This document shows positions 1 through 14,089 of a stretch of DNA of 64,000 nt, in pieces (position 1 is the first letter of the stretch; each line of letters starts with the position of its first letter). The translations under genes and the position numbers were made by a program. Source of the DNA: Eledone cirrhosa (Eukaryota). Where the stretch lies: the NCBI GenBank assembly GCA_964016885.1, contig OZ024743.1:279744001-279808000 (forward strand), written 5' to 3'. A model generated the notes under the pieces. The model was not told where the DNA came from. It did not search any database and saw only the letters and a program-made list of their open reading frames with translations.

Positions 1-26
1 GTTGGTGTCTCCTTCCACCATATGTG

Positions 27-128
<102 letters not shown>

Positions 129-1118
129 CATACATATATACATATACACAAAATTTAGGTATAAAAATATATCAATTATGTTTAATATTAGTGCGTCTCA
201 ATAGAACAGCTCTATGGACATTTGTCCAGAGCATCTATAAGTCAAATTAATAGATATATGTAAATATATATAGAGCGAAAAGGCCATATATCTTGTGAGA
301 ATACACAGTATTTTGTATACATACAAAGCACATATTAAGGAAGAATATGTACTTTAGATGGAAAGTAGCTTTTTCCTTATAACGCTATTTACTGATTCGA
401 AGTACGACAACGTAAAATCGATCTAAGCAATGGATCATCGATCACCTATTATCGATTTTGTTTATGTTATGGGAGACGCAAATCGATCATCAGTGGAATT
501 CATCAATCATATTATTCCAAATGAAAGACCCCAAACTTGGATGACTTAGGGAAATATGTAAATGACAAGGATGGTAAGTTATGCTGTATCTAGAAGCGGA
601 GAACTTCTAAATACACCAGCTACATCCACTAATTCCTTCGCGATAACATTCAATAGAGCAAAAAAGAGAAGATCGTTGTTCATAAATTAGATACAATAGA
701 CGCATATGACAAACATCCGAAGCAGAAAGTAGAAAAAGATCTTTAGAAATAATACAAAATAGTCGTTGCAGGTTTGGGTTTTATGTCACAATATTGACTA
801 GAACGAAACTAGATATTCCCTATCATTGTTAATATCACCCAACATAACAGGAGCAAGTTTTCCTATACGAAGGAACCGGAAGCGGATTGATCTCCAGTCG
901 ACAGCTGACTGAGGGAATGACTCGCAGTACAGACCAGTAATACATTCATACACGCATACATATCTATATATATTATCTATTTATGTATGCGTGTGGGGTG
1001 GGGGGTATGTTGGTGTGTGTGAGTGTGTCAGCGTAACAGATACCGAATGATATATATATATGTAAATGGAAAAAAATGAAACGAAATTTCACTTCTCATT
1101 CTTAGTACGGCTGATACT

Positions 1119-1157
<39 letters not shown>

Positions 1158-2131
1158 AGAGAGGGGGGAGAGAAAGAGATTTATAGATATATAGATAGAT
1201 AGATGAATTGATAGATAGTATCTTTTATTTAATTTCATCTTACGTTGTTCTTTCTATACAGCACAATCTTTTTTTTATATTTAGTATATTACCTACTTTT
1301 TAATATACACAACACCGCCAATCATTCTTTACCACACTTCTTTTATCCTATTTCTTTTTCCTGTCCTTTTTCTTCGCCGTTTCCTTCGTCTTCTATTCCA
1401 GTATGCCTATGCTATAATATAAGGTTATTATGTTTGCCATTGATTTGACACATACACAGGTCGGCTGATATATCTTTAACATGTCACGTATAATGTGCAG
1501 CATTAAACACACACAGAAATACACACACAAATATAATCACAAAAGCATACGTACATTATACATATAGACATAGATACATTGAAACACAGATAAAAAGAGA
1601 AAATAAGATGAAAAAAATAAATGCGAACCACAGCCACAATAAGAAAACTAACAATAACAGGAATAACAATAATAAAAACAAACTATAAACTATAATCTCA
1701 ACAGTTAAGTCAATTGACTGCACCAATTTATCTGGCCAGAAAAGTAAACGCCAGAAGGAAATCATGGCCGATGATTAAGTTACAGGCGTGAATTTGTTCA
1801 ATGTGACGAGATGAGACGAAGGCAAGCGAAAGCCGTCTATGTTAACAGGGGAAGGAGGTGGAATAGCACTGTATTCTGGGGGAATTAGGACGAATAATTG
1901 AAGAACGTTTAACGAGTGGACATCTTGAAATCAATCTTAAGCAAATATATGAAGATTCCATGTCAGACTGTAGCGTTACGCAGCGACAAAAATGGTGTAT
2001 TAATGACTAGACTAAGTGGATATCGCACAAACGGGCAGAAGCTGACAACGTTTAAATAAGGTATCTATCGTTGGACATGAGTTTGGGCGTCTATTTATGT
2101 CGTTAGAGATACAATTATGAATGAGCACGGC

Positions 2132-2209
<78 letters not shown>

Positions 2210-2303
2210 AACACACACATATATATATATATTTATTTATTTATTTATTTACATATGTATGTATATATACATATTATACATATGCATATATATGTATATA
2301 CAT

Positions 2304-2382
<79 letters not shown>

Positions 2383-2753
2383 TGTATGGTAGGTGTGAAG
2401 CTGTGTGTGTCTCTACTGCAAACGATACACTTTTCGTCTACAGGAAAATTACATATATGCATAGCCACAAGCAAACACACACACACACACGCACACACAC
2501 ACGCACACACACACTCACGCACCCACCCACCCACCCACACACACGCACACACACAAACACATGTATTTATATAACATGTGTGTATATCTTTATATCTGTA
2601 GTAACTAAGTCATCACACTTGCATATCAAAGGATTTCTACAGCAAAACTCTTAAAGATGCAGTCAGTAGTTATTTGATAAATGAGCATCTCTTCAGACTT
2701 TCACGCAGACATGCGCACGCATGTACACATACACGGTAGCATATATATATATA

Positions 2754-3095
<342 letters not shown>

Positions 3096-3119
3096 AAAAA
3101 TATAAATTATAGCCTTAAA

Positions 3120-3310
3120 GAATTAGCTTTTAATGAATACCCTTTTCTTTCAAACAATGACCTCCACCCATCCCACTCCCCACCTTCTCCTACCACCTGA
3201 AAAGATATAAATACCACAACATTTATTTTGGAAAGCCAGATTCCTGATGATTTCTAAAAAATGAAACAGTTCTAGTTCTGTAGAATCTCATCTATATTAA
3301 AACTATATAT
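3120..3310 (+). mobile_element. 3' end fragment of a Naiad-like PLE family (related to 30632-31940) with degenerate HHR at 3244-3275
   Basis: CCACCTTCTCCTACCAC.GAAAAGATATAAAT is shared with the reverse complement of 30770-30810; CTGATGA..GAAAC motif. Confidence 0.6.
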
Positions 3311-3372
3311 ATATAATATGACGAGTCTCTGCAGTGTAATGACCCCAGAATATTTACATATCTCCCTTTCTC

Positions 3373-3504
<132 letters not shown>

Positions 3505-3537
3505 TGTGTGTGTCTGTGTCTGTGTGTATATATATAT

Positions 3538-3586
<49 letters not shown>

Positions 3587-3631
3587 GAAAATAAACCAAA
3601 GAAGCCTTCAATACATCAAAAGTCTCTATTA

Positions 3632-3669
3632 GCCAACAATGTTTCGTCCTATTAAGGACTCATCAGGGC
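3632..3669 (-). ncRNA. Type I hammerhead ribozyme (inverted pLTR)
   Basis: Reverse complement of the 3923-3960 motif. Confidence 0.85.
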
Positions 3670-3922
3670 AATTAAAGCTATAAGAAGCACTATCGGCCAA
3701 TACAAGCCAAAAACTCAGAAGAATATGGAGTGTACATACATTAAAGCATAGGAAAATTATCGGGTAAAAATTATCAAGTAAAAATTGCTAAGGAAGTGAA
3801 TAACATTTTGAACCATATTACAAATATAGTCCAATGCAAAAACTAAAGCTAAACAAAGGTGGTGATATAGAGCGGGAGTTATTGGCTTGTATTGGCCGAT
3901 AGTGCTTCTTATAGCTTTAATT

Positions 3923-3960
3923 GCCCTGATGAGTCCTTAATAGGACGAAACATTGTTGGC
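3923..3960 (+). ncRNA. Type I hammerhead ribozyme (5' pLTR)
   Basis: GCC-CTGATGA-GTCCT(TAAT)AGGAC-GAAAC-ATT-GTT^GGC; canonical core, 5-bp stem II. Confidence 0.88.
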
Positions 3961-4180
3961 TAATAAAGACTTTTGATGTATTGAAGGCTTCTTTGGTTTA
4001 TTTTCATAATTCTTCGGCTCTGTTTAATTACATTGAGCTATACCTTTACTGTCATTTCTATAATACGAAGAGGGTGTTTAACTCCAACACACTCTAGTAT
4101 TTTAATTCTTCTTACTGCTCCTGATTGGTTGAGCTTCCTCCTATATACTGGTGTTTTGGCCTTTATATATATCTGACAGT

Positions 4181-6867
4181 ATGCTAACAAAGAGTTACCT
4201 GCATTTATCTCTGAAGAATATTCCCATCCCTCTAGAAATACTTACGAAAAACTCTTAATTGCTAGTGTTAACTCCTTCGTAAAAAGGATTAGATGGCGTG
4301 CTTTCCACTATGATATTAATAGGAATAGGACTGACCCCAAGCATAGAACTCATTTCAATAACTTTGGCTTCAAAACTTATAAGAGCCCACCACATAATGC
4401 TCTATTAGATAATTTTGAAAATGACTTACTTTCCCTTGTCAAAAATATTAAGTATAGGCCATATAATAGACATGGAAATTATAATAAGTTTGACAGGTTC
4501 CAGTCTAGACTTAAAAATATTGTTAAGAGTTTTAGAGCGAATAAGTCTATTCTTGCCCCGGCTGATAAGACTAAGAATCTATACTCTATGGATTACAGTG
4601 CTTACCGTAATTTTATTTATAAGGAGCTGCATAGAAATTATAAAAAGACTACGCAGGATAATTTGAATCATATCAATAGTGAGGGTCTTAAGATAGTCTC
4701 GGACCTTGGCCTCGATAAGTATACCCAGCCATATTACCCTAGGGAACCGAGATTCACTCTTAAGGATCATAAGGTAGACTTCATTAGTAATCCCTCTGTT
4801 AGACTCATCTGTCCTTCTAAGTCTGATATAGCCATAATTAGTAAAAAAATCCTTGATCTTATTATACCAGATGTTAGGGAGAAGGTTAATTTTAACCTAT
4901 GGGAGAACACTAAGGAGGTTATAGATTGGTTCTCTGGTATTAATAAACTTGAATCTAGTAGGTTTATCCAGTTCGATATTGATGCCTATTACACATCGAT
5001 TTCACCCATCCTCCTTAATAAAGCCTTAATGTTGGCCATGAGAGTGTCCAGCCTTACACGATCACAGGTAGATATTATACTAGCAGCCCGTAGAACTATC
5101 ATTAATTTTGAGGATACATTTTGGACCCGTAAAAACACGCCCAACAATTTCGACGTTACAATGGGTTCGAGTGATTCGGCCCAGGTAACTGATCTTGTTG
5201 GGCTGTTCCTCCTAAATGAACTATATGTTACCTTTCCGCACCTTAAAGGCGGACTTTATCGTGACGATGCATTGTTTGTGATTAACTCTAGCACCAAGAA
5301 CGTCGAGCATAATAAGAAGAAGCTTCATAAGTTTTTTAAAAGCTATAACCTTTCGATCACGGTAGATAGAAACGATAGAGCGGTCAACTCTTTAGATGTG
5401 ACTTTGGACTTGGTCACTAATAGTTTTAAACCCTTCCATAAGCCTAATGAAACACTCTCTTATGTTAGTCCCAATTCTAACCACCCCAAATCTATGATAA
5501 GCTCTATAATTAATGGTGTATCTAATAGGATTTCCACACTCTCTAAGGACGTAGGAACATTTAATGCACATGCAGAGTACTATAATAATGCCCTAGCTAA
5601 TTCCGGTTACTCTGTTAAAATACATTATAATAATAGTAACCTTAGAAATTCTCCGCTTACTTATAATAATAATAACACAATATCCCATAATATGGCCATG
5701 AATGGGAGTAGAAAGCATAAGAATCGTAGAAATCACATAGGTGTATCTGAACCCATCCCTAAGTTAAGCCACCGGACTCGTAATAGGGAATCTAATACTT
5801 CTAGGAATCAAGTCGAGCCCTCTGAGCGCTCACTCAGTGGTAATGCTTTTGCTAAATCTAATTCTAATAGTGTTGTTTCTACTGATCCTATTATTAGCCC
5901 TAATCCTTTTGATGTGATTCCAGATAGCAGCAGATATACTAAAGGTAGAAACAGAAAGAGACTTAATGGAGCTTCGGCTGATTCTAATAATGTGGTTTTA
6001 ACTAGTCCTTGTAGTAACCCAAATCTTAATAATGGGATATTAGATAACGGTAGAGTTGGTAAGGATAAAAATAGAAGGAGACTAAATACTTATTTTAACC
6101 CGCCATATAATCAGGAAGTATTAACTAACATCCTTAGGTCTTTCTTTTCTATCTTAGAGAAAAATTTCCCACCTACTAATAAATGCCATAGTATTTTTAA
6201 TAAAAATGTAATTAAACTTTCATTCCCAACCATCCCTAATATTAGTTCTCATTTAGCTAGCACTAACAATGGGAAAATTAGGGATGGATACTCCTCTCTA
6301 CGTACTACTAGTCTGAATAGATCCATAAATGCCTTACCACCTGAGCAGACCTTATCTCATAGTAACCCTACGTGTGATGCATCACTACTTCAGCCGATCA
6401 GTAGCACCCGCAAGTGTAACTGTAGAGTGAGTGCTAACTGCCCTTTAAACGGTAACTGCCTCTCTAAGAACATCGTTTATGCTTGTGTAGTTAAAACTAA
6501 TTCCTCTAATAGAACATATATAGGCTCTAAATCTAACACTTTTAAGACTAGGTTTAATTCTCATATCTCTAATTTTAAACATGTTAAGTTTAAGAATTCT
6601 ACTTCTTTAGCACACCATATCTGGGATCTTAAGGGGGCTAATATACCATATAGCCTTAATTGGCGAATAGTAGCACGCTCTAATAACCTTTCAACACATA
6701 CTAAATTTTGTAGTCTCTGTATCCTTGAGACCCACTCTATAATTTTCTCTAGGGAAACCTTACTTAATAGAAAGTCTGAGATAGTCTCTTCTTGCCCCCA
6801 CGCCATTTCAAATTCTTACTTTTATTATAAACCTAAAGGTTCTAGTAGTCTAAATTGTATCCATTAG
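4181..6867 (+). CDS. PLE reverse transcriptase + GIY-YIG endonuclease (Naiad-type), about 895 aa after repairing one 1-nt frameshift near 4230
   Basis: N-terminal SLKNIPIP/FVKRIRWRAF and PADKT; RT motifs FDIDAYYTSI, TMGSSDSA, GLYRDD; linker CNCR..CPL..C; NIVY..YIG..R..H, CSLC..E, LLNRKSE..CPH. The main frame is open from 4177; ATG 4181 lies in another frame that joins at CCCATCCC. Confidence 0.9.
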
Positions 6868-8165
6868 CTGCTATATTCCCTTATCTTTTTAGTTTAGGTT
6901 CATTTTGTTTACCACCATCATTATCATCATTATTATTATTGGTTTTTAACAGCTTTTCATTCTAGCTTTCATAGTCTTTTGGCTACCATACCATATCTAT
7001 CTTCTTAAATATTATATTTTCACTATTAACACCTTACAAGTTTATATCTGATTATATATTTTATTTATATTATTTTATTTTATTTTTTTTATTCTTCTTC
7101 GGATAATTAACACCCCCCCCCCCCCCGCCCACACACACTTGTCATTCGCCCCTTCAAATATAATATAATTATATTCAATTCCCTTTTATGCTCCTTTCTA
7201 TTGTATAATACAGTATATTGATTATGATTTTATGCTCCTTCGTATCCTCCATACATTTCTTTTTTTCTGTCCCCATTGGCCTACCATAATTCTATTTAAA
7301 GTCCGTTTATTAGATAACGTTATTCAACTGATAGTAGAATATTTCATTCTTTTCCAGATATTTTTATAGTGATATCTTAAACTTTGGAGATTTTGATTAC
7401 TTAAACCATAGCTAATTTTGTATTGACTTATTATGTATTTTAAATACTTTCAATATTAATTAATTTAATAGGGTTTTCTAGTCATTTATCCGGGTTTGTT
7501 TCCTAAATTTTTTACTTAACTGCATGTGACACCTAAGTAAATACTTTTGTTTTTGTTTTTCGATTTCCGGTTGATTTTATTTATACATTTATACTACCGT
7601 GCGTAGTTTTCTGTCTGGTTCTTATTCACTTATTCACAAATGTCTGTCCACCAACCACGTAATTATGTATATTATACTATGTTCAATATTTTATATTGAA
7701 GTTGTTATATCATTCCACTCTTTGTAAACGTACTACTGATCTTTATTATTTACCGATTATTAATTGTACCATCATGTTATGTTAAATTTTGTAAATTCTG
7801 TAATATGTTTATATTTTTATAATTTTTGTAATGTTTGAATAATATTTATTTACACCAATTTTATAGAAACTTGACCTCCATCTGTTTTCTTGCAATGGTT
7901 TTGATATGTTTCTAACATCATTTTTTCCAACATAATTTAGTTCCGTACAATATTTTTTCTCACCCGGTCTGTAATTCTATATGATTTGTTAAGTTATATG
8001 CCATTATATTATAATATTGTTATTATAGTGTTATTGTAACATTTATATTGTTTGTGCAAATTAACCGGAGGTTATCTATTATATAATTATATAGTTTATT
8101 ATATATTATATGTTTACTTTTAATCATTTCTTCTTCATTTTATACTGTAAATAATATATGTATTA

Positions 8166-8341
8166 TATTTTTATTTTTATTTTTATTTTTATTTTTATTT
8201 TTATTTTTATTTTTAATTTTATTTTTATTTTTATTTTTATTTTTATTTTTATTTTTATTTTTATTTTTATTTTTATTTTTATTTTTATTTTTATTTTTAT
8301 TTTTATTTTTATTTTTATTTTTATTTTTATTTTTATTTTTA

Positions 8342-8372
<31 letters not shown>

Positions 8373-8375
8373 TTA
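8166..8375 (+). repeat. (TTTTTA)n hexamer array in the PLE 3' UTR
   Basis: Direct observation. Confidence 0.95.
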
Positions 8376-8827
8376 TTTTTTTTTTTAAATTTTATTTTTT
8401 TATTTATTTTTTTTATTTTTATTATTCTTTATATTTAAACTCTTAATAAGGGTTAGTTTGTGCTTGTATTGATGGAAATGTGTATTGATATATATGTATA
8501 TGTGTGTACATATGTATATATATATATATGTATTTGGGCATTTTAATATTATTATTATTATCATTATCAATTATATTATATTATATTATATTATATTATA
8601 TTATATATAGTACAATAATTCCCGCTCTATATCACCACCTTTGTTTAGCTTTAGTTTTTGCATTGGACTATATTTGTAATATGGTTCAAAATGTTATTCA
8701 CTTCCTTAGCAATTTTTACTTGATAATTTTTACCCGATAATTTTTCTATGCTTTAATGTATGTACACTCCATATTCTTCTGAGTTTTTGGCTTGTATTGG
8801 CCGATAGTGCTTCTTATAGCTTTAATT

Positions 8828-8865
8828 ACCCTGATGAGTCCTTAATAGGACGAAACATTGTTGGC
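8828..8865 (+). ncRNA. Type I hammerhead ribozyme (3' pLTR)
   Basis: Same motif with one stem I substitution (ACC instead of GCC). Confidence 0.85.
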
Positions 8866-9012
8866 TAATAAAGACTTTTGATGTATTGAAGGCTTCTTTG
8901 GTTTATTTTCATAATTCTTCGGCTCTGTTTAATTACATTGAGCTATAACTTTACTGTCATTTCTATAATACGAAGAGGGTTTTTAACTCCAACACATTCT
9001 AGTTTTTTAATT

Positions 9013-9071
<59 letters not shown>

Positions 9072-9231
9072 GTTAACAAAATATCGTTATAGGTAATCCA
9101 ATTAGAGGTTGTGAATACTTCTTATTATGGATAGTTTTAGCGTACGGTGTTGCTTGACTCAAGAAGAGGTTTACGCAGATGACGAGTTTATGATTTCACT
9201 TGTATTCCTATGTAAGTTTATCTTGGAGTAA

Positions 9232-10652
9232 TAAAATTGAAAAAGTGGAGAATAACATGGTCAACAGTACAAAAAAGGGGATTTATTTGCAGTTTAACAT
9301 CCGTTTCAGTGATAAAGTTGTCGATCAGATCTGTCTATTTTTTCGCTCCCAGTAACTTAATTCCATCTTATCTATTCCATAACCCAGATTGTACCACTTG
9401 GCTCTATTATGATATCACATTATCAGCATCAGCATCATTATAATTATGATTATAATTATAATTGTCATCATGTATCAAAGAACAACATCAAAACCTCTTA
9501 TATTCACATTCTTATTTTATATATCTCTATCTTTCACTCTCTATCTTTATATTTCTCTCCCTAAATTTATTTCATCTCTGTTATTTTATTTTATCCTATA
9601 ATATAACTTAAAATTAATTAATTTATTTATTTATTAAAATAACCAATACACACATAAATATATTTAACATTATCATATTTTCACCTTAATATCTCTCTAT
9701 ATATTTTAACAATTCTCAAAAACCATTCTCAATAATTTTAATATGTTTAAATATTCTTCGCACATTTTTACTTCTTTTACGTATTTATTTTTATTCTTCA
9801 TTTTTAACATCTTATACCATTTTATATCACATTAGATGTAATTTATTTATTTATTTATCAATTTTTTATATATGTTTTCATATTTTTTTATAAAATCTAT
9901 TTTTATTTTTATTTACATTTATCCATGTATTAACGTTTATTCATTTATTTGTCCCTCTATTCTTCTTTCTATCGTACGTTATTTCTACTTATGACGGCGG
10001 TGGATTGGCAGTATCGGTAGAGGGTCGGACGCCATGCTTTCCAGTATAGTTACGTCCCTTTACGATCTGAGTTCAAATCCCGTAGAGGTTGACTTTGCCT
10101 TTCATCCTTACGGGGTCGATAAAATAAAGTACCAGTAATGTACTGGTTAATTGCTGGCATTGTGCCTAAAGTAGAAACAGTTATTTCTACTTATGTTTGT
10201 TTCTCCTCTGTCTACCATCATCTTCTATATATCTACTTCTCTTTATATTTTTATCTATAATAATTTCTCCTTTTTCTCTTTTTTTCTCTTTTTCTTTTTC
10301 TTTTTCTTTTTCTTTTTCTTTTTCTTTTTCTTTTTCCTTCTTCTTTCTCCTTCCTTTCCTTTCTTTCTTTAGTGTATCTATCTCCCTTTCTTAATCCTTT
10401 TCTCTCTATATCTTTATTATTAATATTATTATTGATGATGTAATTTGAATTTCTAAATTTGCCGGTTACATATATATATTTTTAACAGTTTGCGAACATT
10501 TGATCGAGCTAACATCGTATTTAAAATTGAGGTGGCACTGCTTTTAGTGTTCAGCAATTTTTAGACAACTTTATCAGTGAAACAATTGTTAGACTGCAAA
10601 TAAATCCCCTTTTTTTTGTACTGTTGACCATGTTATTCTCCACTTTTTCAAT
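9232..10652 (+). mobile_element. Decayed PLE-like remnant with inverted termini (9232-9325 / 10562-10652)
   Basis: About 90-bp inverted arms with GAAAC-AATT-GTT plus AATAAA as in other pLTRs; HHR core degraded. Confidence 0.5.
9995..10190 (+). mobile_element. tRNA-derived SINE (Nin/Deu-domain-like), full length
   Basis: A-box-like TGGCAGTATCGG, B-box GAGTTCAAATCC, then GCCTTTCATCC..GGGGTCGATAAAATAAAGTACCAG; six related copies in the window. Confidence 0.85.
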
Positions 10653-10665
10653 TATATATAATATT

Positions 10666-10671
<6 letters not shown>

Positions 10672-10701
<30 letters not shown>

Positions 10702-12060
10702 TTTCTTTGTTGGCCACAAGGGCTGACATCAAGAAAAGCATTACAGACAGCCCGGGACGGTACAGGACGCTACGATGTGGGTTTTGTGCGTATAAAGATT
10801 TTTATTATTTATATAAGATACGAAAAAGAAAAGAGACAATAAGAATGATAATTCAAACAATGAAAAATTCCCCAATAGGGGGGAAACCTCCGAGGGTTAC
10901 TTGTGGCGAAAACCACACAAGAGACTACGGCCACCCTGACAACCAGGGCACGAGCCCTCTCTCAATTTTTTTCCATTCCTCAAACTACAGGCGTATATTC
11001 AGAGCGGTCCTGTTCACTCGGACTATTGTCGCTACATTCACCCACCTTTCAACAAACTTGCTAGAGGGCAGCATTTGCCTCTCTACCCTGATTTTCTTCT
11101 TCAAGTGAAACTTGAAAAGGTTAATTAGGGATTCGCCGAAGAGGAAAGTATCTGTCTTTAACCCTTTCAACCTTGTCCACCACACAATCTCTTTCGCCAT
11201 GGCCACCAGGCAGATGAAAACCGCCTGTCCTTCCTCCTCGAAAGAAGACGGCGAGACAATCTGCACAATGGACTCAGTCGATAATCGGATCAGTCCTACA
11301 CGCGACAGCAACTGTTCGACATAGCTCAACAAGTCAGCAATGCTCGGGCACTGAACGAGTGCGTGCACAACAGTTTCCTCGCTCTGCGCGCATCTTGGAC
11401 AGGCTCGGCTGACGGCACTTCCGTGCTTGTAGAGCTTATCTCGAACCGGCAACGCTACCCGGTAACACTTCCAGGCCAGGGATTTTTGGAAGTTATCCAT
11501 AGGCCCTGGGATGAAAGTTCTCCAGAAGAGAGCAAACAGCTGATCTTCTTCGACGCCCAAGATCTCTCCGAGAAAGTCGTCGCTCTTCCTCTCCACTTGT
11601 CCTCTATAGAACGCCGAGGTGGATGTTCCACAGATACTGGTGCCCAGCTGGCAGACGGCAGTGAGCGCCTGGAGACATTCCAGTTTCCAAGCGCTATCCC
11701 TCGGTCTTTTCCTAACCCAGGACTGACCCAGGACTGCAGCTCCGTCAAGGAGACGAGCTGTGGGAAAACGTGCCTGGCGAACGGCGACCACACCTATTCA
11801 CTGTCAAGGAAGCACCAGAGATGTCGCAGCCTCAGCGCATGTTTGCGCATCATCTGCCATGGCATGCCCAGTCCTTCACACAACGGGTGTTGACAGCAGA
11901 TGTCTCGTCTGACCATGGGAGCGCGTCCCTTCCACAAAACCGGAAGAGGAGGCGCTCCATTTTGGTGAGAGTTGGGCCGGGGCAAGGGACGACTGTGAGG
12001 CGGTAGCAGATGACGGATGCGATGTACGCATTCGCCACCTCCGCCCGGCCTTTAGGGGAC
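10672..12060 (-). mobile_element. 5'-truncated L1/Tx1-clade LINE (ORF2 C-terminus with zf-RVT-like CCHC) with (TTA)n tail
   Basis: ORF 10985-11791: AWKCYRVALPVRDKL..CPRC..ETVVHALVQC; frameshifted upstream part; 3' (TTA)n at 10672-10698. Confidence 0.8.
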
Positions 12061-12109
12061 AGCTAATATAATAATTAATAATAATTAATAATAATTAATA
12101 ATAATAATT

Positions 12110-12296
12110 ATTGTTTCTCCTTTTGGCACAAGGCCAGCAATTATCCCAGTGTATCACTGCTACTTTATTTTATCAACCCCGTAAGGACGAAAAGCAAAGT
12201 CAACCTCGGCGGGATTTGAACTCAGGCTATAAAGGACCGTAACTCTTTGCTGCACAGCATGGTATCCGACCCTCTGCCGATACTGCCAATCGACAA
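12110..12296 (-). mobile_element. tRNA-derived SINE copy
   Basis: Reverse-complement similarity to 9995-10190. Confidence 0.8.
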
Positions 12297-12299
12297 GAG

Positions 12300-13133
12300 C
12301 TAACAATCCTGATGTTGACAAAACTTTAACCCATCAGTGGTTGGCATCCTCTGGATTGAAATCGGAGACTGAAGGATTGATTATATCAGCATAAGATCAG
12401 TGTCTGCCAACAAAAAATGATCGAGACAACATAATAACAAATTGATACAACCCATTATGCCGTGTAGGTAAAAAAAACAACCAGAGACCATTGATCATAT
12501 AATTTCAATGTGCAGTCCTAGAGCTCCAACCGAATACCTAAACAGGCACGACAGAGCTGCACAATACATACATTGGATAATGTGTAAGCATTTTGACCTG
12601 CCCCATCAAAAGAATTGGTGGGAGCATCAACCACCTCCCATACTTGAAAAAGATCACATCTCAATCTTGTGGAACTTTAGCATCGAAACAGACCGAAAAA
12701 TAGATGCAAATACACCTGATATAATACTGAAGGACTTTAAAAAGAGGGTATGCCTGCTAATTGATATGTCCGTCCCAATAGAAAAGAATATATCTATAAA
12801 AACATTTGAAAAATTGAGCCAGTATAAAGACCTGGAGATGGAGATTGGAAAAATGTGGAAGTTGCGAACTAAAACCATACCAGTGGTTGTAGGCTCTCTA
12901 GGAATGAAACCCGTGTATAGAAGAAATACAAAAGATAGTACTAATGGGAACTGCCCATATACTAAGGAAAATTCTGTCAATATAAATACATCACAGGTCT
13001 AAACACCTAAAGATACATGTAAGTGTGTATGTGTTCTTTCTTGAACATGGCGGACCTTGTTGTCTCTTGAGGTCACTGGTTATGACTTGGTGATATCTCG
13101 TATAAACATAAAGCAAGATAAATGAAATAATAA
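12300..13133 (+). mobile_element. R4/Dong-clade LINE 3' fragment (restriction-like endonuclease domain), degenerate
   Basis: YLNRHD..IHW, PDII, LIDMSVP, EKLSQYKDL (RHD and PD-(D/E)xK motifs); TAA-type 3' end. Confidence 0.78.
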
Positions 13134-13542
13134 TTGTTTCTACTTTTGGCACAAGGCCAGCAACTACTCAGTACATCACTGGTACTTTATTTTATCGACC
13201 CCGTAAGGATGAAAGGCAAAGTTAACCTCGGCGGGATAATAATAATTAATGAACAAGAAAGACGGCTTCATTTATACACCCTATTTATTTTGTTATATGT
13301 ATTTCAAAGACGTAAGGCAATTGTATAACAACTACCTTACGTACTTACTGGTCGACGAAGGGAATAACACGTATGACCGGTAACATATCAAGGGATATTT
13401 ACATCTTGTTCGAATTTTTGTCTGAAGAGAAAACGTAAGGCGAGGTTAACTTTGCCTTTCATCCTTACGGGATCGATAATTAAGTACCAGTAATACACTG
13501 GGATAATTGCTGGCCTTATGCCAAAAGCAGAAACAATTATTA
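13134..13542. mobile_element. Two SINE 3' halves in opposite orientation (13134-13236 minus, 13440-13542 plus)
   Basis: GTTAACTTTGCCTTTCATCCTTACGGG..GTACCAGT motif in both. Confidence 0.75.
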
Positions 13543-13637
13543 TAATAAACTCCCGATGCGCAAAAAATCGTGGAGTGCTTTACTTATGTTAAGAAAAAGT
13601 CGGCAGATTTTCAGTCAACCAACTTTTTAAATTGAAC

Positions 13638-13729
<92 letters not shown>

Positions 13730-14089
13730 AGTAAATTTTATTTACATTATTTTTAAACTCCGGAGCTGGAAATCATTCGATTATTCTAAATAGAATTTTA
13801 GTGCAACGACACATTTTATACAATAAATGTGTTTTTGTCTTTACAAGAATGTTTTCTCATCGCTCCACATAACGACGTAATTATCCTCGCTCTTTTTCCG
13901 TTCATTGCCAGGGAATGTCTTCACGAACCAAAGTAACGTTTTCTTGTTTTCTTTCGGTTCTAACATTTTTCGAACTATTTACTTCTGCGTCCACAGATTG
14001 ATTCCTTAGTTTCAGAACATGCCGTTAAGGCTGAAAGCACCGATTTTTTTCTTTAACTTTAATCTGTTATTAATCACTCTCACCACACC

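Larger units (their letters stand above)
3583..9016 (+). mobile_element. Near full-length Penelope-like retroelement (Naiad-type): inverted pLTR + direct pLTR + ORF + long 3' UTR + pLTR
   Basis: 3583-3883 is the reverse complement of about 8617-8914; 3883-4110 is a direct repeat of 8788-9015; RT/GIY-YIG ORF between; (TA)n on both flanks. Confidence 0.93.

Noticed and set aside
9995-10090. tRNA gene
   Set aside because: A and B boxes belong to a multi-copy SINE head; no full cloverleaf
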